Assembly: GCA_043228905.1 (NCBI GenBank) | Contig: JBHGNT010000001.1 | Location: 15,624,001-15,688,000, forward strand | Length of the DNA: 64,000 bases | Direction of reading: 5' to 3' | Origin: Azolla caroliniana | Taxonomy: Eukaryota > Plantae > Polypodiophyta | Part shown: positions 1-12,257 of the stretch, piece after piece | Position numbering within the stretch: position 1 is the first letter of the stretch | How the letters are laid out: each line of letters begins with the position of its first letter | Made by a program: the position numbers and the translations under genes | The notes under the pieces: model-generated | Database searches by the model: none | The model's input: only the letters and a program-made list of their open reading frames with translations | Told to the model about the DNA's origin: nothing

Positions 1-184
1 GTTCAAGCACGTTACATCGCTTGCGGGTTAGGTGTGGAGGACAAAACTGCGTCTTTGTTGGTTCACCTACAACCATGCAACCACACATACCATCTGCTTT
101 GTTTTCAACATGCCTGTCGAATTGTTGCATTCTGTTTGGGAGATTGCAGTACATCTCTACCAAATGAGTGGAGAAAACTAACAG
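1..184 (+). CDS. Exon encoding a RING-H2-like zinc finger (5' part outside window)
   Basis: Frame 1 is open: VQARYIACGLGVEDKTASLLVHLQPCNHTYHLLCFQHACRIVAFCLGDCSTSLPNEWRKLT, matching (C>Y)x2C...CxHx2Hx2C...Cx3C. It ends at donor AG|GTATAC (185). Confidence 0.68.
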
Positions 185-197
185 GTATACCATACTG

Positions 198-1700
198 TAG
201 CTAATAAGCTTAGTCTTTTCTAATTAGCTATCCTACTAATTAGCTACTGGCAGCTAATTAGCTATCCTAGTAGCTAATTAGCTAGTACCATAGCTGTGTA
301 AAAAAACTAATTAGCTATCCTACTAGCTAACTCGCTACTGGCAACTAATTAGCTATCCTAGTAACTAATTAGCTACTGCCATAGTTGTGTAAAGTAGCTA
401 ATAAGCTATCCTAGTAGCTAATTAGCTACTAGCAGTTAATTAGCTATCCTAGTAGCTAATTAGCTATGGTACTAGCTAATTAGCTAGTACCATAGTTGTG
501 TAAAAAAGCTAATTAGCTATCCTACTAGCTAATTAGCTACTGGCAACTATTTAGCTATCCTACTAGCTAATTAGCTATCCTAGTAGCTAATTAGCTATTG
601 GCAACTAATTAGCTATCCTACTAGCTAATTAGCTATCCTACTAGCTAATTAGCTATCATAGTAGCTAATTAGCTACTGCCATAGTTGTGTAAAGTAGCTA
701 ATAAGCTATCCTAGTAGCTAATTAGCTACTGGCAGCTAATTAGCTATCCTAGCTACTACATAGTTGAGAAAGTAGCTAATAAGCTATCCTAGTAGCTAAT
801 TAGCTACTGGCAGCTAATTAGCTATCCTAGTAGCTAATAAGCTATCCTAGCTACTACATAGTTGAGAAAGTAGCTAATTAGCTTTCATTGTAGCTAATTA
901 GCTATCCTAGTAGCTAACTAGCTATCCTAGCTACTACCATAGTTAGTAAAGTAGCTAATTAGCTATCCTAGCTACTACCATAGTTGAGTAAAGTAGCTAA
1001 TTAGCTATCCTAGCTACTACCATAGTTGAGTAAAGTAGCTAATTAGCTATCCTAGCTACTACCATAGTTGAGTAAAGTAGCTAATTAATTAGCTATCCTA
1101 GCTACTACATAGTTGAGAAAGTAGCTAATTAGCTATCCTAGCTACTACGATAGTTGACTAAAGTAGCTAATTAGCTACCATAGTAGCTAATTAGCTATCC
1201 TAGCTACTACCATAGTTGAGTAAAGTAGCTAATTAGCTACCATAGTAGCTAATTAGCTATCCTAGCTACTACCATAGTAGCTAATTAGCTATCCTAGCTA
1301 CTACCATAGTTGAGTAAAGTAGCTAATTAGCTACCATAGTAGCTAATTAGCTATCCTAGCTACTACCATAGTTGAGTAAAGTAGCTAATTAGCTATCGTA
1401 CTAGCTAATTAGCTATCCTAATTAGCTATCATACTAGCTAATGAGCTATCATACAAGCTAATTAGCTATCCTAGCTTCTACCATAGTTTAGTAAAGTAGC
1501 TAATTAGCTATCCTAAATAGCTGCCATGTTATTGTAGAATCTTGTGGATTAAGGACGGCACATGATGTGTCTGGTGCTAATGAGCTATCATACAAGCTAA
1601 TGAGCTATCATACAAGCTAATGAGCTATCATACAAGCTAATTAGCTATCCTAGCTTCTACCATAGTTTAGTAAAGTAGCTAATTAGCTATCCTAAATAGC
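198..1700. repeat. Intronic tandem array of palindromic TAGCTAATTAGCTA units with variable spacers (TCC, CTACCATAGTTGAGTAAAG)
   Basis: Dozens of copies are visible. The array lies between donor 185 and acceptor 1716. Confidence 0.95.
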
Positions 1701-1716
1701 TGCCATGTTATTGTAG

Positions 1717-1803
1717 AATCTTGTGGATTAAGGACGGCACATGATGTGTCTGGTGCTGATGACGCTGCAACAGATGAGGATACTACTGCCAATGTGGCTG
1801 AAA
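1717..1803 (+). CDS. 87-nt internal exon of the RING-containing gene (ESCGLRTAHDVSGADDAATDEDTTANVAE)
   Basis: Acceptor TTATTGTAG|, donor A|GTAAGA, phase 1/1. It keeps the frame between exon 1-184 and exon 1876. Confidence 0.65.
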
Positions 1804-1875
1804 GTAAGAGTCCTGCTATCACATCTCCTTCAGATCAGCTCCACCCTATTCTTTTGGAATAGTGTACTGAATTAG

Positions 1876-2252
1876 GCAACGATGTGAAATGCCATGAAAT
1901 AGTGGAAACAACATGTAAAACTGAGGTTCACAACAATAGTGTTTATGAACACTTGATGCAACATTTCTTCGAATCTCAAGACCTTGATTCCACCCCACTG
2001 AGCCCAACTACTGAAAATGTCCAAATAGATCCCTCTGTACTTGAAAAGCTAGTTCAAGAAACGACTGATGTGCAATTAGCTGCTGAGGCGATGGGAAGGT
2101 TGTCGGAGGAGGACACACTTGCACATTGGGTGAAAGAAGCAAGGCTAAATGGGGAACCAACCAGAAAAAGGCTGAAGAAGGGGCCACGATTGGGAACAAG
2201 ACCAGTTACTCGGTCAAGGGGCCCAGACGTAGTGGAGCGAAATACTGTTTAG
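1876..2252 (+). CDS. Next exon of the RING-containing gene (acidic, then basic NLS-like RKRLKK)
   Basis: Acceptor GAATTAG| at 1875 places AGC AAC GAT in frame with ORF 1884-2252. Confidence 0.6.
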
Positions 2253-2422
2253 TTGGATATGATTGTTAGCTTAGGGATTTTGCTAGGGTTTTATGAAGTT
2301 TTACTATCCTGTTGGACAAGTAAAACCTCAGATTGGTTGTTGCTTGATCCACATTATGTAATGGAACTCTATGATGTTTTTCCAAGATAATTTGAAGAGT
2401 GTTGTTCTATGACTGAAACTCT

Positions 2423-3556
2423 TTGATGTTCAGGATATTGTTTTGTGAGACTGTTAGTTACTTTGTGAGTGTGAATATGTTGGTGTTTTCTGATGTTGCA
2501 GAGTCTAAAGGGTTTGATTCTATTGCTCGTAAGGCCAATGGCAGTGTGGATACTGTTGATGTTGTGGCATGTTTAAAGGGCCCCATCTTGAAAGTAGATG
2601 TAGCAACGGACACAAGTGATCTGGTCACACAAGTTGATCAAGCATGTAGCACGGATGACTTGGTGTTGCAGGTAGATGTAGCATGTAGCACGGATGACTT
2701 GGTGTTGCAGGTAGATGTAGCATGTAGCACGGATGACTTGGTGTTGCAGGTAGATGTAGCATGTGATACCAGTGGACTGATATCGAGCAGATCAGTAGCT
2801 ACATGCACTGAGGTAATCCAAGGATTGATAACTAAGTCGACAAAACAAGAGCACCAAAATGTGAAGCCAGGCCCAACACAGTCGACTAGGGGTTTGAAGA
2901 GGAAAAGGACGCCAGTTGTGTCAGCCGAACTTGAGCTGATTGAGATTGATCGTATCCTACCAGAAAATGGTGTAACAGCGGCTCAGTTTTAGGAATGGAA
3001 ACCTAAACCACTAGAAGTCGAAAGAAGAGCCTTGATCTTGGAGCTTGATAAAGTCTTGATGAGTGTGAGATATATGCAGCCAAGGAGGGACGCGAATCAG
3101 TTTCTAGAGTGGGCTGTGCAATACTTTGATTTCTTTATTTGGAGTGAAAAACCAAAATCAGATGTGTGGAAGTGTTTGGCAAGATTCTTCCCAAAATGGC
3201 GAAGTCATTTTAAAGGTCAATGGGCACGAGAAAATTGTGAGCAAATGGAAGTTGCAAGATTCAAGAGACTTTCTGATTTTTGGGCTACTTGGCCCGAATA
3301 TAATGCCGACAATACATTGATTTTGGATACAGAACATTTCCGACACTACTTCAATATTCGGAGATGCTGTCTCATTCTACCCGAGGAAATGCCTGAACAG
3401 TACCTGGTGCAAACAGTGAGCTGCCAACTAGGTGCATGGTTATGGACTCCATACCGAGCTCGATATGCGGATAATATATGTAGACTCATTCCACTGACTA
3501 GCAAGAGCTTAGCTGTTTATACGAGATTTGTAGACATTTCCAATGGTAATTTATAA
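2423..3556 (+). pseudogene. 13-aa-repeat region plus FCP1/NIF (HAD-family CTD phosphatase)-like domain, with one in-frame TAG
   Basis: ORFs 2423-2992 and 3032-3556 share a frame and are separated by one TAG. Motifs LILELDKVL, RRDANQFLEW..FDFFIWS, KRLSDFW and YNADNTLILD follow the NIF pattern. A possible acceptor lies at 2501. Confidence 0.62.
2594..2788 (+). repeat. 39-bp coding tandem repeat (VDVACSTDDLVLQ, about 5 copies)
   Basis: Seen directly in the DNA and in the translation. Confidence 0.9.
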
Positions 3557-3809
3557 ATATGTAAAGAGATGACATTATTCAATGAAGAATTTAATTAATT
3601 GTTCCCACTGTACTTATCTACTGTGTAATTTGAGGAATATGTTGCAGATTGTTGATTTCATGCTATTGATGACTATTTAGCTATTGACAGCTAATTAGCT
3701 GCATTTGTACAGCTAATTAGCTACTGATGACTATTTCGCTATAACTTATAACTTAAAACTTCACAAAAAAGACATGATTACAAGAGAACATGGTAAGTGC
3801 TACTTGTAG

Positions 3810-5645
3810 CTACAAATTCCATGGCATACTATTGTAAATACATTCATACACATTAGCACCAACAGTGTATAAACCGGAGCAGCTATTGTATTCTGACATT
3901 GGGACGTTGATGCACCTGACCAAATGAGAGTACATGTACGCCGTTGGTTTGTCTTCTAACAGCCTGTACACATATTCGTAGTCATCTAGTTTTGCATAAA
4001 AAATGCCTTCGATGTAGAATGTCCCGGCAGATACAAAATTTCCCCATGCATCTTTCTGCCTTGCACACTGTTTACTAACCGTGCACTTTAATATATAGAA
4101 ATCAGCACCCTCTGAATTGCCTTCTTCAGCATTTACAACGAAGTTATCCCCAACGTTCAGGACATCACTCAAAGTATCTCCAAGTCCCTCATATGTGAAG
4201 TCAGCATTCTGCCCTGTTTCTCCATCAACTGCTTCCTTATCATTCAGAGTGTGATACTCCCAATTCTGAATGTATGCTTTGTTTAGACAATATCTCCAAT
4301 TTCCCTGCACACAATGGAAGCAAAAACAAGTCAATTCTCTAACCGCAATACAATGACCATCCAACCTGGAATAACCGCGAACAACATGCAGAGATCGCAA
4401 TTCGGGAATTCCTTGGCACTCCCAGGTCTTCTCCCTATTTACTTCATCTATCTTCACTTCCCAAAATTCACGTTTGATATCTCGGACTTGCGAGGAATAA
4501 ACACCTGTGGCACTCGTTGACATATTTGTTCTTAAAAATTCAACTACACGTGATGCACAATTCATGTGCACACCATCTGTCTTTAGTTGTTCATGGGTAA
4601 GTGCCCGCTTTATAACAGCCCCTGCACCATCATGTTCACCTTTACCATGGCTAGACCCAAAAAAATTCCATCTCATCTCCAAACCTGTTATAGCAGGATA
4701 CCTCCCCACAAAATAAAATGGATGTCGAGCCTTGAATTGTGATGCAGCTCCGTCAAACCAGACCCAATGTTGAGTAAGCTCCAAACTTTGAGCTAATAAC
4801 CACTGCCAATGTAACTTAAAACAGTGTTGGACGAACAAGGTATCATGCTTCTTATGATCGGAAATAAAGAAATGAATTACTTTTTTAACATCACCTGAAA
4901 CTCGAAAATATGTTATGTGCACAAAAATGGTTACCTGAACTGAACACCAATGCATAGATTGAATTTCATTCTGCTGCTTGAAAGTATAATTCTCTGCGAA
5001 ATCTACTACTGAGACTACTACATCATTTGGGAAATCAGATATGCAAGTCTTAAACTGATGGGCCTGCAATGAATAAATGAAGTTGTGTTTAATGAACTTT
5101 CCTAGAGATACTACAAACAGAGACACGAAATCCCTTGGTTTAAGCATCTTCCGAACTAGATCCTTTCTTTTACACACCTTTCCTTCGAAATTGGTGTTCA
5201 CTGACTCAAATAACTTCACAGAGATCAATATTTCACTACTCAATTCATTTGGACACCACCTAAATCTAGTAGGGCCACAATCTTGACATAAACCCATGAC
5301 ACATTTATGAATATGGAAGATAGCGTCAGTTTCTCTCGGACACAATATTGAATCTAATAAATAACTCATGGAAGAGATAACGTGCTCAGATGATTTACAC
5401 TCCTCTTGCGGGCTTGATCGACAGATTGGGCACCCACATGTGCAAACTGTATTAGTTAGGGATGCGCTATGGTGACGTAGTAGATTAACAGAGTCCTTCA
5501 GAAAACCCATCTGTACATGGTAAATGCAACAACATGTGTATCGATCCTTTAAGCGTCTCACAAAGTGTGGCTTAAGAGACTCGAATGTTCGTAGTTGAAC
5601 TTTGATAGTTGGATGCATTCGTTTGAACCTAATAAATAAATCGAC
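3810..5645 (-). CDS. Sola2-type DDD transposase, exon 2 (catalytic core)
   Basis: Motifs CCCIYH, VDFAENY..QNEIQSMHW, ISD..HD, WFDGAASQFK and FFGSSHGKGEHDGAG..IKR. Acceptor TTATTACGCAG| adds VDLFIRFKR in frame before the ATG at 5618. Confidence 0.85.
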   Translation of the reverse strand, partial: VDLFIRFKRMHPTIKVQLRTFESLKPHFVRRLKDRYTCCCIYHVQMGFLKDSVNLLRHHSASLTNTVCTCGCPICRSSPQEECKSSEHVISSMSYLLDSILCPRETDAIFHIHKCVMGLCQDCGPTRFRWCPNELSSEILISVKLFESVNTNFEGKVCKRKDLVRKMLKPRDFVSLFVVSLGKFIKHNFIYSLQAHQFKTCISDFPNDVVVSVVDFAENYTFKQQNEIQSMHWCSVQVTIFVHITYFRVSGDVKKVIHFFISDHKKHDTLFVQHCFKLHWQWLLAQSLELTQHWVWFDGAASQFKARHPFYFVGRYPAITGLEMRWNFFGSSHGKGEHDGAGAVIKRALTHEQLKTDGVHMNCASRVVEFLRTNMSTSATGVYSSQVRDIKREFWEVKIDEVNREKTWECQGIPELRSLHVVRGYSRLDGHCIAVRELTCFCFHCVQGNWRYCLNKAYIQNWEYHTLNDKEAVDGETGQNADFTYEGLGDTLSDVLNVGDNFVVNAEEGNSEGADFYILKCTVSKQCARQKDAWGNFVSAGTFYIEGIFYAKLDDYEYVYRLLEDKPTAYMYSHLVRCINVPMSEYNSCSGLYTVGANVYECIYNSMPWNL

Positions 5646-5679
5646 CTGCGTAATAAAGGGGAATTAGTTATTCTCGTAA

Positions 5680-6173
5680 CTAGCTAACTATCCTAGTAGC
5701 TAATTAGCTATTCTAGTAGCTAATTAGCTATTCTAGTAGCTAATTAGCTATCATGGTAGCTAATTAGCTATCCTAGTAGCTAATATTAGCTATCATGGTA
5801 GCTAATTAGCTGTCCTAGTAGCTAATTAGTTATCATGATAGCTAATTAGCTGGTCTAGTAGCTAATTAGCTGGTCTAGTAGCTAATTAGCTATCATGGTA
5901 GCTAATTAGCGAGTCTAGTAGCTAATTAGCTATCATGGTGGCTAATTAGCTGTCCTAACTAATTAGCTATCATGGTAGCTAATTAGCTGGTCTAGTAGCT
6001 AATTAGCTATCATGGTAGCTAATTAGTTGGTCTAGTAGCTAATTAGCTATAATGGTGGCTAATTAGCTGTCCTAACTAATTAGCTGTCCTAACTAATTAG
6101 CTATCATGGTAGCAAATTAGCTGGTCTAGTAGCTAATTAGCTATCACGGTGGCTAATTAGCTATCCTAGTAAG
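5680..6173. repeat. TAGCTAATTAGCT palindrome array (transposase intron, left part)
   Basis: About 20-bp units such as TAGCTAATTAGCTATCATGG are visible. Confidence 0.95.
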
Positions 6174-6744
6174 TGTGAAAGTGTTTTTAGAATTCAAGGT
6201 ATTGAAGTCTACAAAAATATAAGGTATGGAGCATACACACCCGAAGGCCAAGAACACGAGCTAAGGTTTCAAGTATAAGTCAAACTAAAAGCAAGAAAGA
6301 TGGAGAAAAGTAAAAGAAGGAAAAAGCAAACCACCAAAAAGCAGTCAGAAACAAACGCTCATAACTTTCTCGTTTGACACCCAAATATCACGTGTAAATA
6401 TGGGTTAGAAAGCTTATGATGAGAGCTATCCGTAGCGTTTTAAAACTCTAAAGTTAGGGCATGGATGAAGGAGATATGACGATTAGAAGATCGTTGTGTC
6501 ATAGCTAAGAATAGGAGATGGAAAAGCTCTAAAAAAAGCGTGGAAAAGAAAGCAAGCGAAACTTATCTACTAGAGGAGAACTTCATATAAAGCAAGAAGA
6601 GTGAGGTGGTGAGGGGAGCTTTTTTCTTGTGGTGTTTTTCTTGCCTATTCATGTAGTGCGTTTTTCTAATGATCAATTCATCCTTGTAGGCTTGAGTTTA
6701 TATATCTTCCTTCTCTCTCTTTTCTATCATCATCTCTCTTTTCA
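6174..6744 (+). repeat. 5' LTR (571 bp)
   Basis: Direct repeat of 12258-12896, lacking about 68 bp that the 3' LTR has. Confidence 0.93.
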
Positions 6745-6748
6745 TTTT

Positions 6749-6765
6749 TGGCGCTCCAAGGAGGG
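6749..6765 (+). promoter_or_regulatory. Primer binding site TGGCGCTCCAAGGAGGG (probably tRNA-Asn type)
   Basis: TGG start 4 nt after the LTR. The tRNA identity is inferred from resemblance to the Tat PBS TGGCGCTAGAAGGAGGG. Confidence 0.7.
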
Positions 6766-6818
6766 TCGATCTTTTCCGTACCTTGGGAAGATTGATTGTG
6801 TTTTATTATTACGTGGAT

Positions 6819-9800
6819 ATGGCGTTTCAATTTGCTTTCGCAGGTGATGGCGTTCAGGATGGAGGAGCTTTTTTGGCATCGTTCGAGCATCATGCGGTTT
6901 CGATTGGGAAGGTGAATGACATAGAGAAATTGCCCTTGTTGGTGGCAACTTTCTACTCAAGAGCCCGGGAGTGGTATGAGTCATTACCTCCCAACCAACA
7001 AACCAACTACTAATTGCTCGTTCAACAATTTAGAAGCAAGTACATCCGACGTCGTAGTGCGATGGAGGTGCGAGAGGAACTATTCGCATTGCGTATGACA
7101 ACATCGATGGACTATTCTGAGTACGAGAGGGTGTTCAAAGAGCTATGGTCAACATGGATCCGTCTACGAGGAGGCGTAGAGGATGAGTGGTTCAAGATGG
7201 ATCGCTTCAAGGTGGGCTTGAACCCTTACTTTGCAATGGAGGCGAATTTGAAGGACCCAACCAATTTTCAAACTCTTCTACAAGTGTGTCAAATATATGA
7301 TAGACAACTAAAAGTGATGCGGATGGGGGTCGATACAACGGTGGTGATAGCTAATGCGAATGTGGTGTCAACTCTAAACGCCCCACATCCATCCTCTATT
7401 GTACATGGAGGACAGGTTTTTCCAAACATATTTAATTCTAATGTAGCTAACCAAGGTAATTTACCAATGATGCGAGATGTAGATCATCCAAGAACTGATG
7501 GAAGTTTCCCCGAGCAACTAAACCGACGACTTTACGAGCTAACAAATCAATTCCGCCAAATGCAAGCCAGTTTCAACACCAACCAAGTTCGCGAGGTGCC
7601 ACCAGAAAAACGGGTCCCAGTTTGTTATTCTTGTGGTGTTGAAGGACATATTGCTACACGATGTCCTTCAAGACGACAAGGAGGTTTAGGACGAGGTATC
7701 TATCAAGTTCAAGGAGGTTCAAATGCCCCTAACAACCATGCAAATAGCAATAATCAAGTTTCTAGTGATGGAGGACCGTTGCCAATGGCTCAAGTCCCAA
7801 CAATACCTTCCAATGTAAATCTTCTTGATTTTATGTATGATACTGACGATGATTGTGATGTTGTTCCAATCAAGAGAACTCGAGCAACGCATAAGGGAAA
7901 AGAGGTGGAAGGGGAGTCAAGTAACCCTCAAATAAAGAAAAAAACTATGGAGTCTAAGATGGAGAATCCTTCAAAAAGGCGTCGTTCAAGGAGAAAGATC
8001 AATATGGAGGATATGCCCATGGGGAAAGGAGTGGAGCCTTTCGACCTCAAGCAAGAGCTGATTACTAATGGACCCCGGATCACTTGGCCGCAACTTCTTC
8101 AACTCTCTCCAAAAATACGAAAAGAATGGGGACGACTAGCGAGCATACGTCAAAGTATGAAAACTGTGCATTATGCGGGGGTTGTACGAGTGAAGGAATG
8201 AAAGGATATTCGACCTACAATACCGGTATCTATAAAAGGTTATATAGTTAAGGATGCTTTAGTGGATAGTGGTGCTAGAATAAGTCTTATCTCAGAAGTC
8301 CTTATAAGTAAGCTTGGTATTCCTATTGGTAAAAGTTCATCTGCGAAAGTAGCTGTAGCTGATGGAGGATTAGTACCTTGCATGGGGATTATAGAAGATG
8401 TTATCCTTGAGTGTTTTGGTATATGTATTTCTATGGATTTCCATGTTATTCCCCTTAAGGGACCCTCTTATTCCTTGGTGTTGGGAAGACCTTGGATGCA
8501 AGAACTAAATGTAATTCAGGATTGGAGTAATGGGTTGATGACTTTGACACCCTCCGAGAGTGTGAACATTGTCTACGACATGCTTCTTCAACGAGTGAGT
8601 ATGAAGAAGAGAGTAGTGAGTATGAAGAAGAGAGTAGTGCAAGTGATAGTACTTCATCGGATTGGGAGGAGACAACATCATATGTGATATCCAAGGAGGA
8701 GAAAGAAGACAATAAAGAGGAAGAAACCATCACCCTTGAACAACGAGAGAAGATGATTTCCAAAGATATTCAAGGAGAAGAACGACAAAGGTTTGTTTCC
8801 CTACTTTCTGAGTTTCCGAGGTTATTTATAAATGACTATTCGCAGATTAGAGGAGTGGATGTCATTAAACACCAAATCAAGTTGAAGGAGGGAAGTGAAC
8901 CGGTTGCCCAAAAGCTTCGTCGCTTGGGGACAGTCCAAAAGGAGGCTCTATTAAAGGAGGTTAAAGCTTTGTTGAGGGCTGGTTTCATATACCCCGTGGA
9001 GGATTCGGAGTGGGTGTCCCCCGTTGTGGTGGTTCCTAAGAAGAATGGAAAATGGCGAGTTTGTGTCGACTTCAAACCTTTGAATGCAGCTACGAAGCGG
9101 GATCACTTTCCACTTCCTTTTCAAGATGAGATTTTGGATGAAATTGCGGGGCATGAGATGTACACGGTATGTGATGGGTATTCCGGCTATTTTCAAATAA
9201 GAATCGCAGAGGAGGATCAAAGAAAGACAACCTTCATAACACCTTGGGGTTGTTTTGCTTATAAGTGTATGCCTTTTGGTTTAACCAATGCAATGTTTAC
9301 TTTCAATCGTTTGGCTATACATGTTTTTCAACCCTTTTTTGGAAAATTTGTAAGGGTGTTTATAGATGATTTTGCCATCTATAGTACAAGGATTGGTCAT
9401 CTAGAGAAGGTGCGAGCGGCTTTCAAACGTCTTGATGAATGTAAAGGACAACTCAACCCCGAAAAGTGCCATGTTGGAGAAAAAGAGGTGGCGATGCTTG
9501 GACATGTGGTGTCTCTTCTAGGAATTAAGGTGGATCCCTCAAAGATCAAAGTGATTGAAAGTTTACCGTATCCGAAAGATATTAAGTCCTTGGAGGGTTT
9601 TGTTCAAAAGGTGCGATACTTTGAGAGATTTATCCATATGTTAGCCCAAGCCTTTATCCTTTTAGAGTCATCCTTCGCACTAATATTTTTGTGTGGAATC
9701 CTTTTGTGCAAGAAAAATTTGATAGAGTTAGAGAGCTATTAGCTAAAACCCCTATTCTTAAGCCACCAGATAGAAATTCTACATTCTTTCTTTCTCTTAG

Positions 9801-11994
9801 TGTTAGCTCTCATGCTATTGGCTCTATTCTCATGCAACAAGATCCTCATAATAAGCTAATGCATCCTATTTATTATATAAGTAGAGCCATAAGTGATGTG
9901 GAAAAAACCTTTATGGATGTGGAAAAGTGGGAGTTAGCTCTTACATATGCATGTCAAAAGTTTAGGAGCTTTCTTATCCCTCAAAACTTTGTAATAATCA
10001 CTAGTATGTCACTACTCCCCTATGTACTACAACATGTAAATGTATCATCTAGAATTACAAAGTGGGCTCTTCTATTGGTCGAGTTTGATTTTGAAGTTAG
10101 GCTTGAGTCCACTATGCGTGCGGAATTGGCGGATCTTCTCACTTATAGAGAGAGTCTTCATGAGAAGGATTTATCAAAGCTAAGAGATGCCCTTCCCGAA
10201 CCAAATATAGAAGATGCTTTCACTTTTTTTTTTGTTGGTGATTACCGAAAGGCAACAAATTTAGCAGTTGGAGGCTTTATATTAAGAAACCCCAATGGAG
10301 AGGTGGTACATGCTGAAGGGATTTCGCTTCCCGATGTCAACACCAACAATGAAGCGGAATGCGCGACCTTGTGCTTTGCCTTACGACTTTGTAAAGCTAG
10401 GGAGATCAAAATATTAATCATCAAAGGTGATTCACTATTAATTGTCAAACAAATTCAAGGTTTGTGGAAATGTCAAAGTGATGGATTACGTGGCTTCTAT
10501 AAGGAGGCACTTAGCTTAATGAAGTCATTTACTAAAGTACAAGTAAAACATGTAAGTCGTGTGGACAATAAAGAGGCTGATGCGCTTGCTCAAGAACAAT
10601 TAGTGAAGATTAAAGGGGAACCTGTATGTATTTTAGAAGAATGTAAGGGTGCAGAGTCCCTCTTAGAGATACAAGAGCTTCTTAACGATGGTGTTTTCCC
10701 CAAGGATCTTAATGGGTTACAGAGAAGAAGGTTGGTATCAAGATCTTCTCAATATGTAGTGGTTGGTAAGGATTTGTATCATAAAGGCAAGGATGATATT
10801 CTACAAAGGGTGCCACTTAAAGAGGAGATTGTAGAGATCCTAAGGAAGATGCATGAGGAGGCTTGTGGAGGACATTTTTCTCATGACATCATGTTGCGAA
10901 AGATTATGTTAACAGGTTTTACTTGGCCTACCATCCATAAAGACATTCACGAGTGGTGCAAATCTTGTGATGCATGCCAAAAGGCGGGACGTAGACATCT
11001 TCGTGTGGGTCCTTTAAATCCGATCGCGGTTTTTGCTCCATTCGAGAAGTGGGGAATCGATGCGGTAGGTCCTCTTCCAAAGACCCAACATGGTAAGGAA
11101 TATAGCTTGGTAGCAATTGATTACATGACCAAGTGGGCGGAAGTAGCAGCAACTTCTTCAATCAAATCTAAGGACGTGGCTCAATTCATCTACCGTAATA
11201 TTTGTACGAGATTTGGTGTACCGTTAGAGATTGTATCTGATCATGGTCCAAGTTTTCGTGGTGAAGTATTGGCTTACTTATTAGAGAAGTTGAAGATAAA
11301 GCATAGGTACTCTACCCCATACTATCCTCAAGTTAATGGTGCAGTGGAGAAGGTGAATGGTATTTTGGTTAAAAATCTCCAAAAACTTGTTAATGATAAA
11401 ATGAGAACCTGGGATAAATTTCTTGATGATGCTATTTGGGCATACCGTGTTTCCTTTAAGTTATCCACGGGTTTTACCCCATTTTTTTTAGTGTATGGAC
11501 AAGAGGCTTTATTTCCTATTGAACTACAAGTGCGAAGTAATCGACTTATGCAAGCTTCGTGTCGTGATGGAGAAAGTGCTATGGAGGATCGATTAGCACA
11601 CAATCATGTATTGCAATATTCAAGAGAAGAAGCGGTAGAGCACTACTTACAACAAGCGTTGAGGAGGAAACAATATTATGATAAAAAAGCAACATTTGAA
11701 ACATTTCTTAAAGGGTCACTAGTTCTTCGTTATGACAACCGTTATGACAACATCAAAGGTCAAAAAATGGTGAACCGATGGGAGGGACCCTTTGTTGTGC
11801 ATGAAGTTTATGACAATAGAAGTTATCAACTCAAGGACATCGATGGCACGATGCATGAGCTACGAGTAAATGGATGGCGTTTAAAGCAATATTTGAATCG
11901 TGGACCCACATATCTACATAATGTGAATGAAGAGCTTGATGATGATGCCACAGATCAAAATGTGTACTTGTTCCCATGTTTCTTCTTCACTTAG
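6819..11994 (+). pseudogene. gag-pol (CCHC knuckle, DSG protease, RT FIDD, RNase H, second aRH, integrase GPF) with 2 stops and 2 frameshifts
   Basis: CYSCGVEGHIATRC, LVDSGA, VFIDDF, TNNEAE..GDSLLIVKQ..NKEADALA and RWEGPF. Stops at 7011 and 8199; frameshifts near 8600-8680 and 9650-9700. Confidence 0.92.
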
Positions 11995-12257
11995 ATAAGT
12001 GTGAAAATACTCTTCTTTTTTTGGCAAGGAGAAGAATATATACATGTGTAATTGCCATTTTATTTTAATTTGTATTAGGAGTGTGAGGTTTTTCCTACCG
12101 ACTAGCGGGGGTTTTACTCACATAGTTTGTTTCTTTTCTATTTATTTTCTCCTTCTTTGTCTATAGCCATGAATAAGGCAAAGGAGAACCTTTAGTTTTA
12201 TTAGTAGCTTAGGGTTCACCATAAATGGTTCACCAAAAAGCAAGGGGGAGGGCTAAA

